From: Malacoraja senta
Taxonomy: Eukaryota
Assembly (NCBI GenBank): GCA_038087875.1
Contig: CM075983.1
Span: forward strand, 34,782,001 to 34,846,000
DNA length: 64,000 nt
Direction: 5' to 3'
Shown one piece after another: positions 1-12,882 of this stretch. The notes beneath the pieces are model-generated. The model was given only the letters and a program-made list of their open reading frames with translations. It did no database searches and was not told where the DNA came from. Numbering within the stretch: the first letter of the stretch is position 1; the number at the start of each line of letters is the position of its first letter. A program made the translations under genes and the position numbers.

Positions 1-297
1 CAATTGGTTGGCATGAGATCAAAAAATATTGAAATAAATGAAATTGATTTATTTCCCATGAAATTACAGGTAGAGCAGGTTTGTCAAACAGGAAAGATGA
101 TTCCATTGTGATCTGTGTGAAGAACCACCAGAAGGCATGATTGCTCAATTCAATATAGCTCATACTTGCATGAGGCACAACGTAACAAAAAAAATAAGGA
201 GTGAAACTTGAGAAATATTGCTCAATGCAATGAAAGATATCTGCAGCTATCGTGCGGAATGAGGCCACAAAATTGTTTATTTAATTTAGTTTTTCAG

Positions 298-666
298 AAC
301 TATTGTTGTTGCACAGAAAGAAATTAGCCCAAGATTTTTGAAAAATATTATTCAGTTATTGATTCACAAATGTTTCATGATTAATTAGAATATGAATTGA
401 AAGATGAGATGTACAGAAATATTCATGGCTAATTGAGGCTTGATCCTAAGATCACATTAAACAAGATTCAACCATCATCAACCTATGTAAGCCAAACAAG
501 ATTTTGTTTATCCTATTTTGCACTGATTATCACCACAAAGCAAGCTGTAGATTTAAAAACAGTACAAGAGATCATTTGAAATGATTTGACAACTTCAGTA
601 TTCAAACGGAGGCTTTTTCCTCCCAAATCACTGTTTGAACAATTAAGTGACATCGCCTACAAGAGA
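298..666 (+). pseudogene. Putative decayed exons (298-486 and 541-~666) of an unidentified large gene, separated by a candidate 54-nt intron
   Basis: Acceptor TTTTCAG at 291-297. One frame reads ...PKIFEKYYSVIDSQMFHD*LEYELKDEMYRNIHG*LRLDPKITLNKIQPSSTY, then GTAAGC at 487, a CTGAT branch-like site and AAG at 538-540. Phase 0 then reads QAVDLKTVQEII*NDLTTSVFKRRLFPPKSLFEQL. Manual translation only; no homologue recognised. Confidence 0.4.
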
Positions 667-793
667 GTTAAATTCCCTACTAAACTACTTACAATCTGTA
701 TTCGTTTACTAGACTAAATGGGACCCGGGTGGCCTGGTCCCCCAACGCAATATTCCACCACTCACCCATAGCCCTCAACTGCGCAGGCGCGGC

Positions 794-1290
794 TGACTCA
801 CGGCATTCTGGACTCACTCAATGACTCACGGCTTTCTGGGCTCACTCACTGGCTCACAGCTTTCTGGACACTCACTCACTGACTCAGGGCTTTCTGGACA
901 CTCACTCACTGACTCACGGCTTTATGTGTGCTCACTCGCGGCTTTCTGGACACTCAGTCACTGACACGGTTTTCTGGACACTCTCTCACTGACACGGTTT
1001 TCTGGACACTCTCTCACTGACACGGCTTTCTGGACACTCACTCACTGACTCACGGCTTTCTGGACATTCACTCACTGATGGTGTTCTGGACTCACTCACG
1101 ATTTTCTGGACTCACTCACGGCTTTCTGGACTCATGGCTTTCTGGACTCACTCACGGCATTCTGGACTCGCTCACGGTTTTCTGGACTCGCTCACGGCTT
1201 TCTGGACTCAAACGGCTTTCTGGACTCACTCACGGCTTTCTGGACTCTCTCACGGCTTTCTGGTCTCACTCACGGATTTCTGGACTCATC
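794..1290. repeat. Minisatellite inside Helitron copy 1 (20/30-bp units, core CACGGCTTTCTGGACTCACT)
   Basis: Directly visible tandem units; they produce the spurious ORFs 1078-1394. Confidence 0.95.
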
Positions 1291-1583
1291 CCGGCCTCCG
1301 GGGCTTTATTCTCCTCGTCCCGGTGATTGACAGCGGGTGCTGGAAGGGGCGTTGCCGTCCTGGTGATGGACAGGAGAGAAGACCAATCTGCTGATCTTAT
1401 GATATTTAAACCTTCATAACTTTTGTATTATTCCACCGCTCGGAACAAAACTTGATGCGCTTGGAGTGCAGGTGAACGGTGATTAAGGTGGCGAAGAATC
1501 GTAGCGCTATCCAGTACCGTTTTTGTGCAAATCTAAAAACATCGCAAACCGGAAGAGGACAAGATGAGAGTTTTAGTTAAGTA

Positions 1584-2032
1584 CTAGACCAAGTGCAGAC
1601 CCGTTGGGTCTGGTCCCCGAAAGTGCTTGACACCCCGGGGTGTTGTTCCCGAACGTGCTTCAGACCCCGGGGTGAAAATCGTGGAAAAAAAGATGGCGTC
1701 GTTTTCGGAGAAAATCGGAGAAAAAAAGATGGCGTCGTTTTCGGAGAAAGTCGGAGACAATCGGAGAAAATCACATGGGGGTGGGGGGGGGGGGGAGATT
1801 TTATTAAAAAACGTGTACATAAACAGGACCGAATTTAATCAGGAGTGGCTATTCGTAAAGATACATGTCATCTCTTTGGAAATGGTAAAACATATGGGCC
1901 TTTCCGCGCGCTGTGTGGGCCAGGGGCGGTATCAAAGGCGGCGTGCGGACGTACAGACGTACAGACGTACAGATGTACAGACGTACAGACGTACAGACGG
2001 ACGACAGCCAGAGAGTTTTAAAAGTATATAGA
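1584..2032 (-). mobile_element. Short non-autonomous Helitron (copy 2) with an internal (GTACAGAC)n microsatellite
   Basis: Minus strand starts A|TCTATATACTTTTAAAAC and ends CAGACCC-AAC-GGGTCTG (perfect hairpin)-CACTTGGT-CTAG|T. No TSD; inserted between A and T. Confidence 0.9.
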
Positions 2033-3416
2033 TAGATAGATAGATGTTCCTGATGGATTTGAATTTTTCACTAGAATTCTCAATACATTGGAAAACCAGA
2101 CTTGAGTAAATTTTGCTGAGATCATAGCTATATGGTCGGCATCAAAGCTTCCTGCTGTTTATCTTCAATAAACTACTTTCACAAATGTGTTGTAATAATA
2201 AAACGTAAAATTGTAGAATAAGAACAAATATGAGTAGATCAATCCTTCTAAATTAAAGTTTCCAGCACGTTAATGCACTTAGATTACATAGCTCTGGTAA
2301 TAGAATTGATAATCAAGGCGTTGGTAGCCATCTGGTTAAAAGTTAAGGTGCTGAATGAGTGGATGGAAGATTGAGGAGATGGGGGTAAGTTTTTGATTAG
2401 TTTTTGATTAGCCAGGGGATGGTCAGTGGTGAAGGGAGGAGCCTGGTGCCATTGCTTTGAAGTGAAGGGGTGTGCTGCTGTTGTGCAGCATTGTTTAGAG
2501 GGAGGGTTGTCTAGTGGGAGAAGGGCGGTGGTGGGGGTTCAGTCAGCATTCTCTGGAGAACATGGATAGGTGATATTGCTGGTTGGGACCCTTCTTCAGA
2601 CCAAAGATGAAGTCTTCAAGTCTGAAGAAGGGTCCTGGCCCAAAACAGGGACACCTGGAGGATTGCAACAGTTACAGCACTGTTCAAAAAAGGACAGGAG
2701 ACATATTAGTCAGTGGTGATGGAAGGTTATTCTAACCCTTAATAAAATGCTGCAAAGGTGCTAGGTGGTGATTTGTGTTTAATTCATTTCAGGAAGAATA
2801 CCCAAGGGGAGGGTGTTACAGATATAATACCAGGGGGCAGGTGTGTGGAATGTCTGTAGAAAATTAGATGTTTTCATTAATTGAAGAAATTTAATGTTCA
2901 AAATTATGAATGAGTAAATAAGATTGATCTGTTTCCAGTGACAGAAAGAGAAACAACTGGGGATCATGATTTAAGTTTAGAGTCAACTAAACAAGAGATA
3001 ATATGCTGAACATGAAATATATGGTGTAAAAGGAAAAAAGACTGCGTTTCAATTAAAACTTGCAAAAAAATAGGATAAATAATGTAAACCACGCAGACAA
3101 AGGATAATCTTAAAGATCTACCCTAGCAAGATATTAACCAATGTTGGGTCCATACACTAGCTTTTAGTTTTTGTATATTGGCTGTTATATCCCCTAGTTC
3201 CTCTACAGTTCTTCGTCTAATTCCAAGATGACGTACTTATTTATCTTTCTAAAATCCAATGGAAGAAATTTAGAACAATACATTTTTTAAATAATTATTT
3301 TAAAATGCATTGGTTAGAAAAGTTGACATATTTGGTTTAACGGAGATAAACAAACAGCTGCACATCATGCTGGACAAACCATGCAAGGACAGAAGATCAG
3401 GTCTCCTGAAGGAATG

Positions 3417-3698
3417 ATAGAATTGCTGCGTTATAGTGCAAGAGATTCGGCTTTGATCCTGACCTTGTCTGTATTGAGTTTGTATGTTCTCCCGTGACCT
3501 GCGTGAGGTTTCTCCAGGATCTCCAGTTTCCTCCCACACTACAAAGACGTACAGGTTTGTAGGTTAATTGGTATAATTGTAAATTGTCCATAGGTGTGTA
3601 GGATAGTGTTAATGTGCGGGGATCACTGGTTGGCATGGATTTGGTGGGCCGACGGGCCTGTTTCCGCACCGTATCTCTAAACCAAACTAAACTAAACT
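3417..3698 (+). mobile_element. V-SINE (HE1-like), degraded
   Basis: V-domain-like core GTTTGTATGTTCTCCCGTGACCTGCGTG...TTTCCTCCCACACTACAAAGACGTAC, CR1-type 3' tail GGGCCTGTTTCC and (AAACT)n end. Confidence 0.8.
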
Positions 3699-4177
3699 GA
3701 TATCCAGGCCTTTCTGCCTTTTAATCTTAAAGCCTCTTTCCTGGCCCTGCAGTAAATTAAACTCAATGGGAAGGTAGAGAATGGCTGGGGTGATAATGGT
3801 CCAAAGGCCCTGATATGGGATGATTATGAAATTCCAGTTCCATTACAGATCTGGGCTGCTTGCTGAGCTGCCAGCCTGGTAAAGAGTCAAGAGACAAGAG
3901 TGTTTCATTGTCATATGTCCCAGAGAGAACAATGAAATTCATACTTGCTGCAGCACAACAGAATATATATATATATATATTAGACTAAGTGGGACCCGTT
4001 GGGTCCCATGTTCACATGGGAGGGCTGGTCCCCCAATGCAATAATCCACCTCTCCACCAATTCCAATATTGGTGGCCAGTGGGGGGGGGGCTTTCTGGAG
4101 CGCTAGTATGGGTGTTGTGGGCCGAAGGGACTGGTTTCCAGAGGTCTTGTATGGATATTGTGGGCAAAATAGATTAT

Positions 4178-4700
4178 TGGGCTGGCAGCTCAATCACTCA
4201 GGCCTGGTGGGCTGGCAGCTCAGTCACTCAGGCCTGGTGGGCTGGCAGCTCAGTCACTCAGGCCTGGTGGGCTGGCAGCTCCATCACTCAGGGCTGGTGA
4301 GCTAGCAGCCCAGTCACTCAGGGCTGGTGGGCTGGCAGCTCAGTCACTCAGGGCTGGTGGGCTGGCAGCTCAGTCACTCAGTGCTGATGGGCTGGCAGCT
4401 CAGTCACTCAGGGCTGGTGGGCTGGCAGCTCAGTCACTCAGGGCTGGTGGGCTGGCAGCTCAGTCACTCAGGGCTGGTAGGCTGGCAGCTCAGTCACTCA
4501 GGGCAGGTGGGCTGGCAGTGCATTCACTGCTATTCCTTGAAATTCCATTTCATGCAGAGTGCAGGCCACCAAACTCAATTTCATAGCATTTCAGGCAGAG
4601 TGCAGGCCACCAAACTCAATTTCATAGCATTTCACACAGAGTGCAGGCCACCAAACTCAATTTCATAGCATTTCAGGCAGAGTGCAGGCCACCAAATTGC
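4178..4700. repeat. Minisatellites in Helitron copy 3: 30-bp unit GGGCTGGTGGGCTGGCAGCTCAGTCACTCA (~4178-4518) and ~41-bp unit (~4555-4700)
   Basis: Directly visible tandem units. Confidence 0.95.
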
Positions 4701-4722
4701 CAAACAACTCATTGCATTGTCA

Positions 4723-5522
4723 TTGGAAGCCTTACCCCACTATTCAAGCCTCACATCAAAAACCTTGGCGTGATATTTGACTCAGCACTGAAATTTGACA
4801 AACAAGTCAATGCCGTGGTAAAAGCTAGCTTCTTTCAGCTTCGGACGATAGCTAAAATAAAACAATTCCTCCAGTTTGATGACCTCGAAAAGATCATCCA
4901 CACATTCATTTCCTCCCGCCTACATTACTGCAACTCCCTGTACACTGGCATCAGCCAATCTTCCCTGTCCCACCTGCAACTGGTCCAAAACGCCGCAGCG
5001 AGACTCTTGACGGGCACCCGAAAAAGGGACCACATCACACCGATCCTGGCCTCTCTCCACTGGCTCCCTGTGCGGTTCCTTATAAACTTCAAGATCCTCC
5101 TCCATGTCTACAAAGCCCTCAATGGGCTTGCCCCCACCTACATTAAAAGTCTTCTCACCCACCACTCCACCTCCAGGCCCCTCAGATCGGCCGACTTGGA
5201 GTTGCTGAATATCCCACGGTCTAGGCATAAGCTCAGGGGCGACCGCGCCTTTGCGGTTGCAGCCCCTAGACTGTGGAACAGCATCCCCTTTCCCATCAGA
5301 ACTGCCCCCTCCATCGACTCGTTTAAGTCAAGGCTAAAAACTTATCTATACTCCCAAGCCTTTCCTGACGTCCTCTGAGTGAGGGTTACATGTATATATG
5401 TATGTAGTTTGTTTTGTTTATGCTATTCTTATAACAAATGTAAAGCACTTTGGTCAACGAGAGTTGTTTTTTAAATGTGCTATATAAATAAATGTGACTT
5501 GACTTGACTTGACTTGACTTGA
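4723..5522 (+). mobile_element. 5'-truncated L2 LINE (RT C-terminal region, 3'UTR, (GACTT)n tail)
   Basis: ORF 4641-5378 contains the L2-typical KNLGVIFD..., QLVQNAAARLL and HITPILASLHWLPV; AATAAA followed by a (GACTT)n tail. The 5' boundary is approximate. Confidence 0.9.
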
Positions 5523-5939
5523 TTAAGGGCTAACAAATCATTTATTGCAAGTACATGGCAGACTCACAGTTCAGTCGATTCACAGCTTAGAATCACAGTT
5601 GTGGACTCTCCCTCGTGATCTTCCAGAGTGACTGACTCATGTCCAGGCATCTGGGATTTTATAGTCCTCCCCCCCCCCCCCCCCCAGAAGGGGTGTTACC
5701 TTCATCGTGGTGATTGACAGGCAAGAGGACCAATCAGCTGATCTCAAGATTTTTTTAACATTCATAACTTTTTCATTTTTCATCGATCGGAAAAATCCTC
5801 GCTGCTGCCTCAGCGAAGGAGGACTGTGAGTATGATGGCCAAAAATCATAGCGATATATGGTAGCGTTTTTTTCTAAAATCATTATACAGCGCAGCCAAG
5901 AAATGGTCAAGATGAGGCTTTTAGTTATATAGATATATA

Positions 5940-5976
5940 TACATTCACAAACAGGCATACTCAAAAAACAAATAGT

Positions 5977-6051
<75 letters not shown>

Positions 6052-7855
6052 GTCTATCGTAGTTCAGAGCTTATTTGAGGTTGTAGTGTTTAATTGCCTG
6101 ATGACTATAGGGAAGAAACTGTTCCTGAACCTGGACATTACAGTTTTCAGACTCCTGTACATTCTTCCCGATGGCAGCAGTGAAATGAGTGTGTGGCCAG
6201 GATAGTGTGGGTCTCTGATGAAGCTGGCTGCCTTTTTTAGGCAGCGACTGCGATAAATCTCTTCGACGGTGGGGAGGTCAGAGCCGGTGATGGACTGGGC
6301 AGTGTTCACAACTTTTTGCAGTCTTTTCCGCTCCTGGACATTCAAGTTGCCGAACCAGGCCACGATGCAACCAGTCAATATGCTCTCTACTATGCACCTA
6401 TAGAAGTTCAAGAGAATCCTCTCTGACATACCGAATCTCCTTAAACTTTTCAGGAAGTAGAGGCGTTGATGTGCTTTATTTATAATTACATCAGTGTGCT
6501 GGGTCCAGGAAAGATCTTCGGAAATATGACCGCCCAGGAATTTGAAGTTTTTGACTGTCTTCACCATCGTCCCGTTGATATAAACAGGATTATGAGTCCT
6601 CATCTTCCTCTTCCAAAGTCCACAATCAGTTCATTGGTTTTACTGATATTGATAGCCAGGTTGTTGTGCTGGCACCATTTCGGTCAATCTCACTTCTATA
6701 CTCTGACATCACCATCTGTTATTCGTCCAACAACAGTGGTGTTGTCGGTGAACTTGAAGATGGAGTTCGCACTATGTCCAGATACACAGTCATGAGTATA
6801 AAGTGAGTAGAGCAGGGTGCTGAGCATGCAGCCTTGAGGTGCTCCCGTACTGATTCTTAATGAGGATGAAGTATTTCTGTCAATTCGAACATACTGAGGT
6901 CCGTGGATGAGGAAATCGAGGATCCAATTGCAGAGGGATGCGCAGAGACTCAGTTCCATGAGCTTGGTAAGCAGCTATTTATTTATTTATTTATTTATTT
7001 ATTAACCAAAAATATTAATTAAAATATTAAAATAATATGTACAGTACAATAAAACAAAACAGAACCCACCACCATAATACAAGACAAGCAATAAACTATT
7101 ATACAACTGTCTTACAATCCAACAGTCCCGCAAATCCCCAGGGCACCCGTGGACAGCGCGTAGTCCTTCTCCAACACCACCCGGGCATGGACGAAGGGCA
7201 AGCAGCTGGCTTGGGCAGAGCCCTCTTCCGCCTGGCGCCATGACTCACAGATGGCCAGATTGGCCAGGCCCAGGAACAACCCAACCAGGACATCCTCGGC
7301 CCTACCCTCTTCCCTATGCATGAGGTGTCCAAAGATGAGAATGGTGGGTGAGAAGTGCAGCCAGAAGGCAAGGAGCAGCCCCACGGTACCCAGCTGTATT
7401 TATTTTTTAATTAATCAAAAATATTTATTAATATTAAAATAATATTTACAATACAATAAAACAAAACAGAACCCACCACCATAATATAAGACAAACAATA
7501 AACTATAATACAACTATCTTTCAATCCTTGTCAACGATGCATTCAACCCCCCCCCCCCACCCCCCGCGGTGCCCAGCGGTCCTGGAAATCCCCCAGGGCA
7601 CCTGTGGACAGCGCCTAGTCCCTCTCTAACACCATCCGGGCACAGACTTATCCCCGGAAGGGCAGGCGGACGGCTCGGGCAGAGCCCTCTTCCACCTGGT
7701 GCCGTGACTCACGGATGGCCAGCTTGGCCAGGCCCAGGAGCAACCCAACCAGGACATCCTCAACCCTGTGGGTCGAGGTTCTTGTTGAGGTAGGAGTTAA
7801 TATCCACCATAACCAATCTCTCAAAGCACTTCATCACCACAGACATTAGCACAAA
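5940..7855 (-). mobile_element. Rex1/Babar LINE fragment interrupted by (AAT)n (5979-6050) and two Tx1 fragments
   Basis: ORFs 6064-6603 and 6696-6959 (TGAPQGCMLSTLLYSLYTHDC, KFTDNTTVVG, KAHQRLYFL, RFRNSFFP) and MKCFERLVM at ~7790-7840. Confidence 0.88.
6977..7762 (-). mobile_element. Two tandem 3' fragments of a Tx1-type LINE (~6977-7397 and ~7398-7762)
   Basis: Minus-strand peptide LLLAFWLHFSPTILIFG...EDVLVGLFLGLANLAI, (TAAA)n tails and a duplicated 3'UTR. Confidence 0.7.
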
Positions 7856-8006
7856 TGATTCTAGGTTGTCTTTACTGACCTGGAATGTTAAGCTCCTCAA
7901 AGAACATTGCACCCAGGAATCAGGTAACAGTGACCACCAGTAAGCAAAAGTCATACACACTGGTTAGAAAGAGGTGGGGCAGGATATGCCATCGGGTTGT
8001 AGACTA

Positions 8007-8150
8007 CCAGAGGTGGAAGATTGCAACCTTCACGTGGTCCACCCTGTTTCGACTAATGCAATCAACTCGACGTGCACAAATGGAAGATCAAATAGAACAA
8101 GTTGTCCAACAACTTTAGGCTGTGCACGCCACACGAAAGAAGAAGAAGAA
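8007..8150 (+). mobile_element. Short retroposon 3' fragment with a (GAA)n tail (RTE-type tail)
   Basis: 8-bp TSD GTAGACTA at 7999-8006 and 8151-8158; (GAA)n tail. Confidence 0.8.
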
Positions 8151-11100
8151 GTAGACTATCAAACTGGTTTAGATATAATCCCAGGCTCGGTAGGCAGATT
8201 TTCCAAACCTAACAGATGGGAAGCCTGCAGATCCCAGAATAGCCAGCAGCCCAAGCTACAAGGTGGAGGATGCTGCTATGGGCTTAAACTTACACCAGCA
8301 CTAGACACCAGGGCTTCCATGGGGAAACAAAATATCATCAGCATGGGTATCGGAACAGACGTTTAAAGCCATTAATCAATGATCAGTTTCAGGTTGATAT
8401 CCAGCCTTCCAAATTCAGTTTAGTAGAGATCTGTTCCAAAGTTTTCCTTAATTGTATATGAGTGTCAGATTAATTACTCATCAAATGGAATACATTGTTA
8501 TGGGCTCAAAATGCAAATGTTGATTAACCGTGCTTCTGTCTCCATCACACTAACACACTGATAATGTAAAGCAGTCATGCTCTGGTGAAGTCTGTTATAG
8601 AAACAAATCTCCATAACTGCGTTGCTCGAGTCAGATGAAGGGAAAGTAGATTAAATATTTTCTCTTTAAATACAGAGTTTGCATAACTTCCCTAATGCAG
8701 CAATTAACAGAAAATTGAGATGTGAAAGAGATCAGCAAAGGCAGCTTGGAAGGAGGCTTGGAGTGGCCATAATCCTGAACTACCTGGAAAACAGATTAAA
8801 GGTACCTGTCAGGATGTATCCAAGATTGCAGATGGTTGCAGATTCCAGTGTGGAAATAGGATATTGGCACTTTAAATGACACTGCTTCAAATAGCATTTG
8901 TAAATCTGGGTTATTTGCCAAGTGAATAATAACAGCTGTCGTTTCTCAGCTTAGATAGTGACAATCATGTTGGGGACAATTTTTTGTTTTCTGAAGCATG
9001 GTTAATGTTACTTGAGGGGTGGGGGGGGATGTTTAAACCAAAACAATTGCACTTTGGGAAAATAAAGTCCTGCAGAAAAATTAAGATTTCAAATTGACCG
9101 ACAGGAGCTAAGAAGAACGGATGCAATATTATTCTGTATAGCGAAACAACATGGAAACAAGCCCGTCGACCCACCAAGTCCACGCCCACCATCGATCCCC
9201 CATGCTCCAAGTTTAGCAGACTTCCAACTGCCTTGTGTGGAATAATCTCTCAGTAAATGCTTGCAGAATGCAACTGAGGGGGATCATCATCAAAGTTTCA
9301 AGAAGAGTCTTGACCTGAACCACCAAGGAAAGTATTTCTTGTGCACTGTAGCTTCAACTAGATAGAATCCAAATCAAAATATATATTGTGTATTATATTT
9401 TGGTCAGACCCCTTGTTCAGACCCTTTTCCCTACACTGATGATGTCTGAGTCAATGAGTTCCTCTAATAGTTTGGTTTTCGCTCAGGACTACAGTACCTG
9501 CAGTCTCATGTACAATGTGTATTACTGTGTATTTATTGGGAAACTGCAAACGATTCGGGAATTCAGACAGGATAAACAGTCAACTACAGGCCAGAAAGCC
9601 CAGCATTTTTTCTTGGGGAAATTATAATTTTATTGTCAAGGATGTGGAAACAGGACACTTAGAAAACCCAAAACATGGTCACGCAGAGTCAAGGCAGATA
9701 TATGAAAAGAAAATATTGTTTGACCTATCTTTGAGGATGTAATTAGAGGGAGGGCAATGGATTTCCAAAAGGTAACACATAGAAAGTAACACACAAAGTA
9801 ATTGTTTTTGGTATTGAGGTAATATGTTAACATGGATAGGTGATATCAGGACCCTTCCTCAGACCAATTGAGTTTTTCCACTTTGTTTTGTTTAACTTTA
9901 AAACTACGCGTCGATGCCACTGGTCTGCACCAGCGAGCACTTCTTCACCTGTTCACATGGCTGTTGTTGCGGCTCACATTGTAGCCCCTGACAGGACACA
10001 CTTTCTTCAAACAACTACCAACAACAGGAAATGCTTGGTCACCATGGTGCCTCTCATCTGCTGTCGCTTCCAAGGTGGAGTATGTTGGCGACTCTGGGAG
10101 AGAAGGAGGAGGTGGCGGTGGTGGGGCAGAAGAGGCCAACTGGATAGAGCGACGGGAGAAGCAGGTGGCAGCAATCAAGCGAGGAGTGGACAAAGCCACT
10201 GCCAACAACAAGAAACAGCAGCAGGTGAGAGGAGGGGGGACACCCACGGTAACTGAGCGCATCCTGTCATTGGCAGCAACCTGAAGAAAGCACTGGCTCC
10301 AGGGACTACAACATGAGCCACAACAACAGCCATGTCACCGGATCATGCAGTGGGTGAAGAAGGGTTCGCTGGAGCACCTAGCGAGTCGGGAGTGGGAGGT
10401 ACATAAAAATGCTGGAGAAACTCAGCGGGTGCAGCAGCATCTATGGAGCGAAGGAAATAGGTAACGTTTCGGGCCGAAACCCCGGGAGTGGGGTTGGAAG
10501 CTGGGGAGACGGTGGGAACCGGGGATGGATCGGCAGGTCATTCCATTCACATTCAGTTTACATTTTATATTTGTTTTATTTACGTTTTTGGCAATGCATG
10601 GTGCTTTAGAGACATGGGAGGGGTGTCATTAGGGGTAACATTTCATTATTACGTGACCTCTGTTGGTCTGGAAAACGGATAATCAAGAAAGGCTCTGGAA
10701 CCGAGGATGCCGGAAAATTGGTGTTCAACCTGCATTAATTATCTTAAAATATATGTTTAGTGGATGCAAGTGGATGTAATTTTGTATAAAGTTACAAAGA
10801 TTGTAGACCAAACTTCTTCAGATTTAACTAACTTTGCTCAATTGACTGAGCTGTACATATTGTATCTGAATCCTTCAACTGGGCAATAACTTGATTGTGA
10901 AGAAGTGTTCCAAACTGAAACATCACCCATCCTTTATGTTCAGAGCTGCTGCTTGATCCAGAACTTTGCCTCCATTCTTAAATGCTGTAATGGCCCAAAT
11001 CACAATAAGCTTGGGAGAGATAGTAAAATGATTCCTATATTGTCTCATTGTCTTCAGAGCAATCTGCTTCAATTGAGCCATTCACTCATAATATCCTGTA

Positions 11101-11289
11101 AAATAAAATCATTCACTTTTTTCATGAATTGTGACAGATTTTGATTACATGATCCATTTCAGTGCAAGCTGTAAATACTGCCATCTGATGGGTGTATGGA
11201 ATTTGACAATAATATGTGCATTTAATGTGCAGGATTGTTTTATAGTTTATGCTTGTTGTTTCCGTAGCGGGTTATTACTAAGGGGGATT

Positions 11290-12882
11290 GAAGGCAACCT
11301 TGTCTTACCCCTGTGACAATGTCAAAGAATTCTGTGTTTCCTGAATCAACCTTGACGCAACAACTGGATCCCTCGTAAAGGTTCTTGAAGATGTTGATGA
11401 AAGCCTCTGGAATGCCATACACTTTAAGAATTTGCCACAGGGTGCCTCTATGAATGAATGAATGAATGAATGAATAAGTTTATTGGCCAAGTATTCACAT
11501 ACAAGGAATTTGCTTGTACACTATGTACACTATTTGTACATAGAGAATGCCTTTTTGAAATCAACAAAGTTTATTAGTATTGGCTTCTGAAATTCCAGGC
11601 ATTATTCTACCACATTTCGTAACACAGTCCGCTGCAGGATCTTCCCATTCAGAATCTTCCTTGTGCATCACGGAGTTTCATATCCAGAGCTGCGCTAAGA
11701 CGATGTAGCAGTACAGAACAAAGCACTATTTCTGGGACTGAGAGCAACGTGATCCCTCTCCAGTTTCCAGTCACTAAGATCTCCTTTCTTTGGCAATTTC
11801 ACTATCACTCCTTTCCTCCAATCTTCCCAGCATGCATTACATAGCTTCGTGAGTTTCCCTCTCAACGTTTCTCCTCCGCTCTTTAGTAGTTCTGCTGGAA
11901 TCTGGTCGAGGCCTGCTGCTTTGTTATTTTTCAGATTCTTAATTGCAATTGCAACTTTAATTTCTGTGATTGGTCCAACTTTCACCTCAAGTTCTGGAGT
12001 ATCTTCCTCCTCAGGGAAGACAAACAGTTCAAATGGTTCAGGTTGATTCAATATCTCTTTGAAGTGTTCAACCCATTGCGTGTTTTGCTCTTTTTCTGTC
12101 AGAAGTACTCTCCCGCTCTTGTCTTTTATGAGGGCACCAGATCTACTACCGGAATCTCCCAGATCTCTGGCTATGCGGTAGAGTGTATGGGTGTAATTTC
12201 TGTCCCTGGCTTCTTGTGCTTCTGCGCATTTGCTTTCTATCCAAGCTTTTTAAAAATCTTTTCTGCATCTCCTCTTCACTAGTTTGTGTACTTGTCCATA
12301 ATTTTCTGCCATTTCTTTCCTTTCTTCAGTTGTCTTTGCTTCTACTTTATGTCTCTTCTTCTGTCAATCATCTCCCATGTGTCTGATCTTATCCAACTTT
12401 CTTTTCTGGTCCCACGTCTTCGGCCAATGGTGGTATCTGCAGCCACTGTTGTTCAATATCATCTCCTTCCTGTAACACTTGGAAACTATTTATTACTTCA
12501 AATTTTAATTTCTGTGACATCTCTTCATCTTTTAGCTTTGCAATGTCGTATGGTTTTACAACTTTCTGAACTTTAATCTTTTTCAGTTTCAATTTTAATG
12601 TTCCTCTAACAAGGTAGAACAGGGTTTGAAGGTGTAATGGGACCATTTGGGTCAGCCAGGAAGACAAATGACAATGGAGAATGAATTTTATCATTTTGTA
12701 ATGTGGATGGAATGTGCGTGTGAAACACATTATTTAGGCATAAATACATACACAAGAAATCTTGGCGATCACCAGATGGAAACACGTGGAACGAGATTGA
12801 CTACATCTGCATCAGCAAGGGATGGCGCAGTACGATGCAAGATGTATGGAGTTACAGAGGGGCAGACATTGGTACTGACCAC
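11290..12882 (-). mobile_element. Degraded RTE-clade LINE with an inverted 5' segment (12617-12882 on +)
   Basis: Minus strand: YLVRGTLKLKLKK..., KAAGLDQIPAELLK, WRKGVIVKLPKKGDL, TGVRQGC. Plus strand: APE endonuclease WRSPDGNTWNEIDYI...RGADIGTDH. Confidence 0.85.

Larger units (their letters stand above)
709..2036 (-). mobile_element. Non-autonomous Helitron (copy 1), with a second Helitron nested in its 5' terminus
   Basis: The minus-strand 3' end is ...GGGTCCCATTTAGTCTAG|T at 709, with a partly deleted hairpin. The 5' module (~1397-1582) is homologous to copies 3, 4 and 5. Removing copy 2 restores the 5' end TCTA-TACTTAACTAAAACTCTC. The 5' boundary could be 2036, 2040 or 2044 because of a (TAGA)n run. 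Confidence 0.8.
3980..5933 (-). mobile_element. Non-autonomous Helitron (copy 3) with two minisatellites and a nested L2 fragment
   Basis: 5' end A|TCTATATAACTAAAAG at 5933. 3' hairpin GGGACCC-GTT-GGGTCCC at 3991-4007, followed on the minus strand by ACTTAGTCTAA|T (CTRR). The 3' ~250 bp is homologous to the end of copy 4. Confidence 0.88.
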
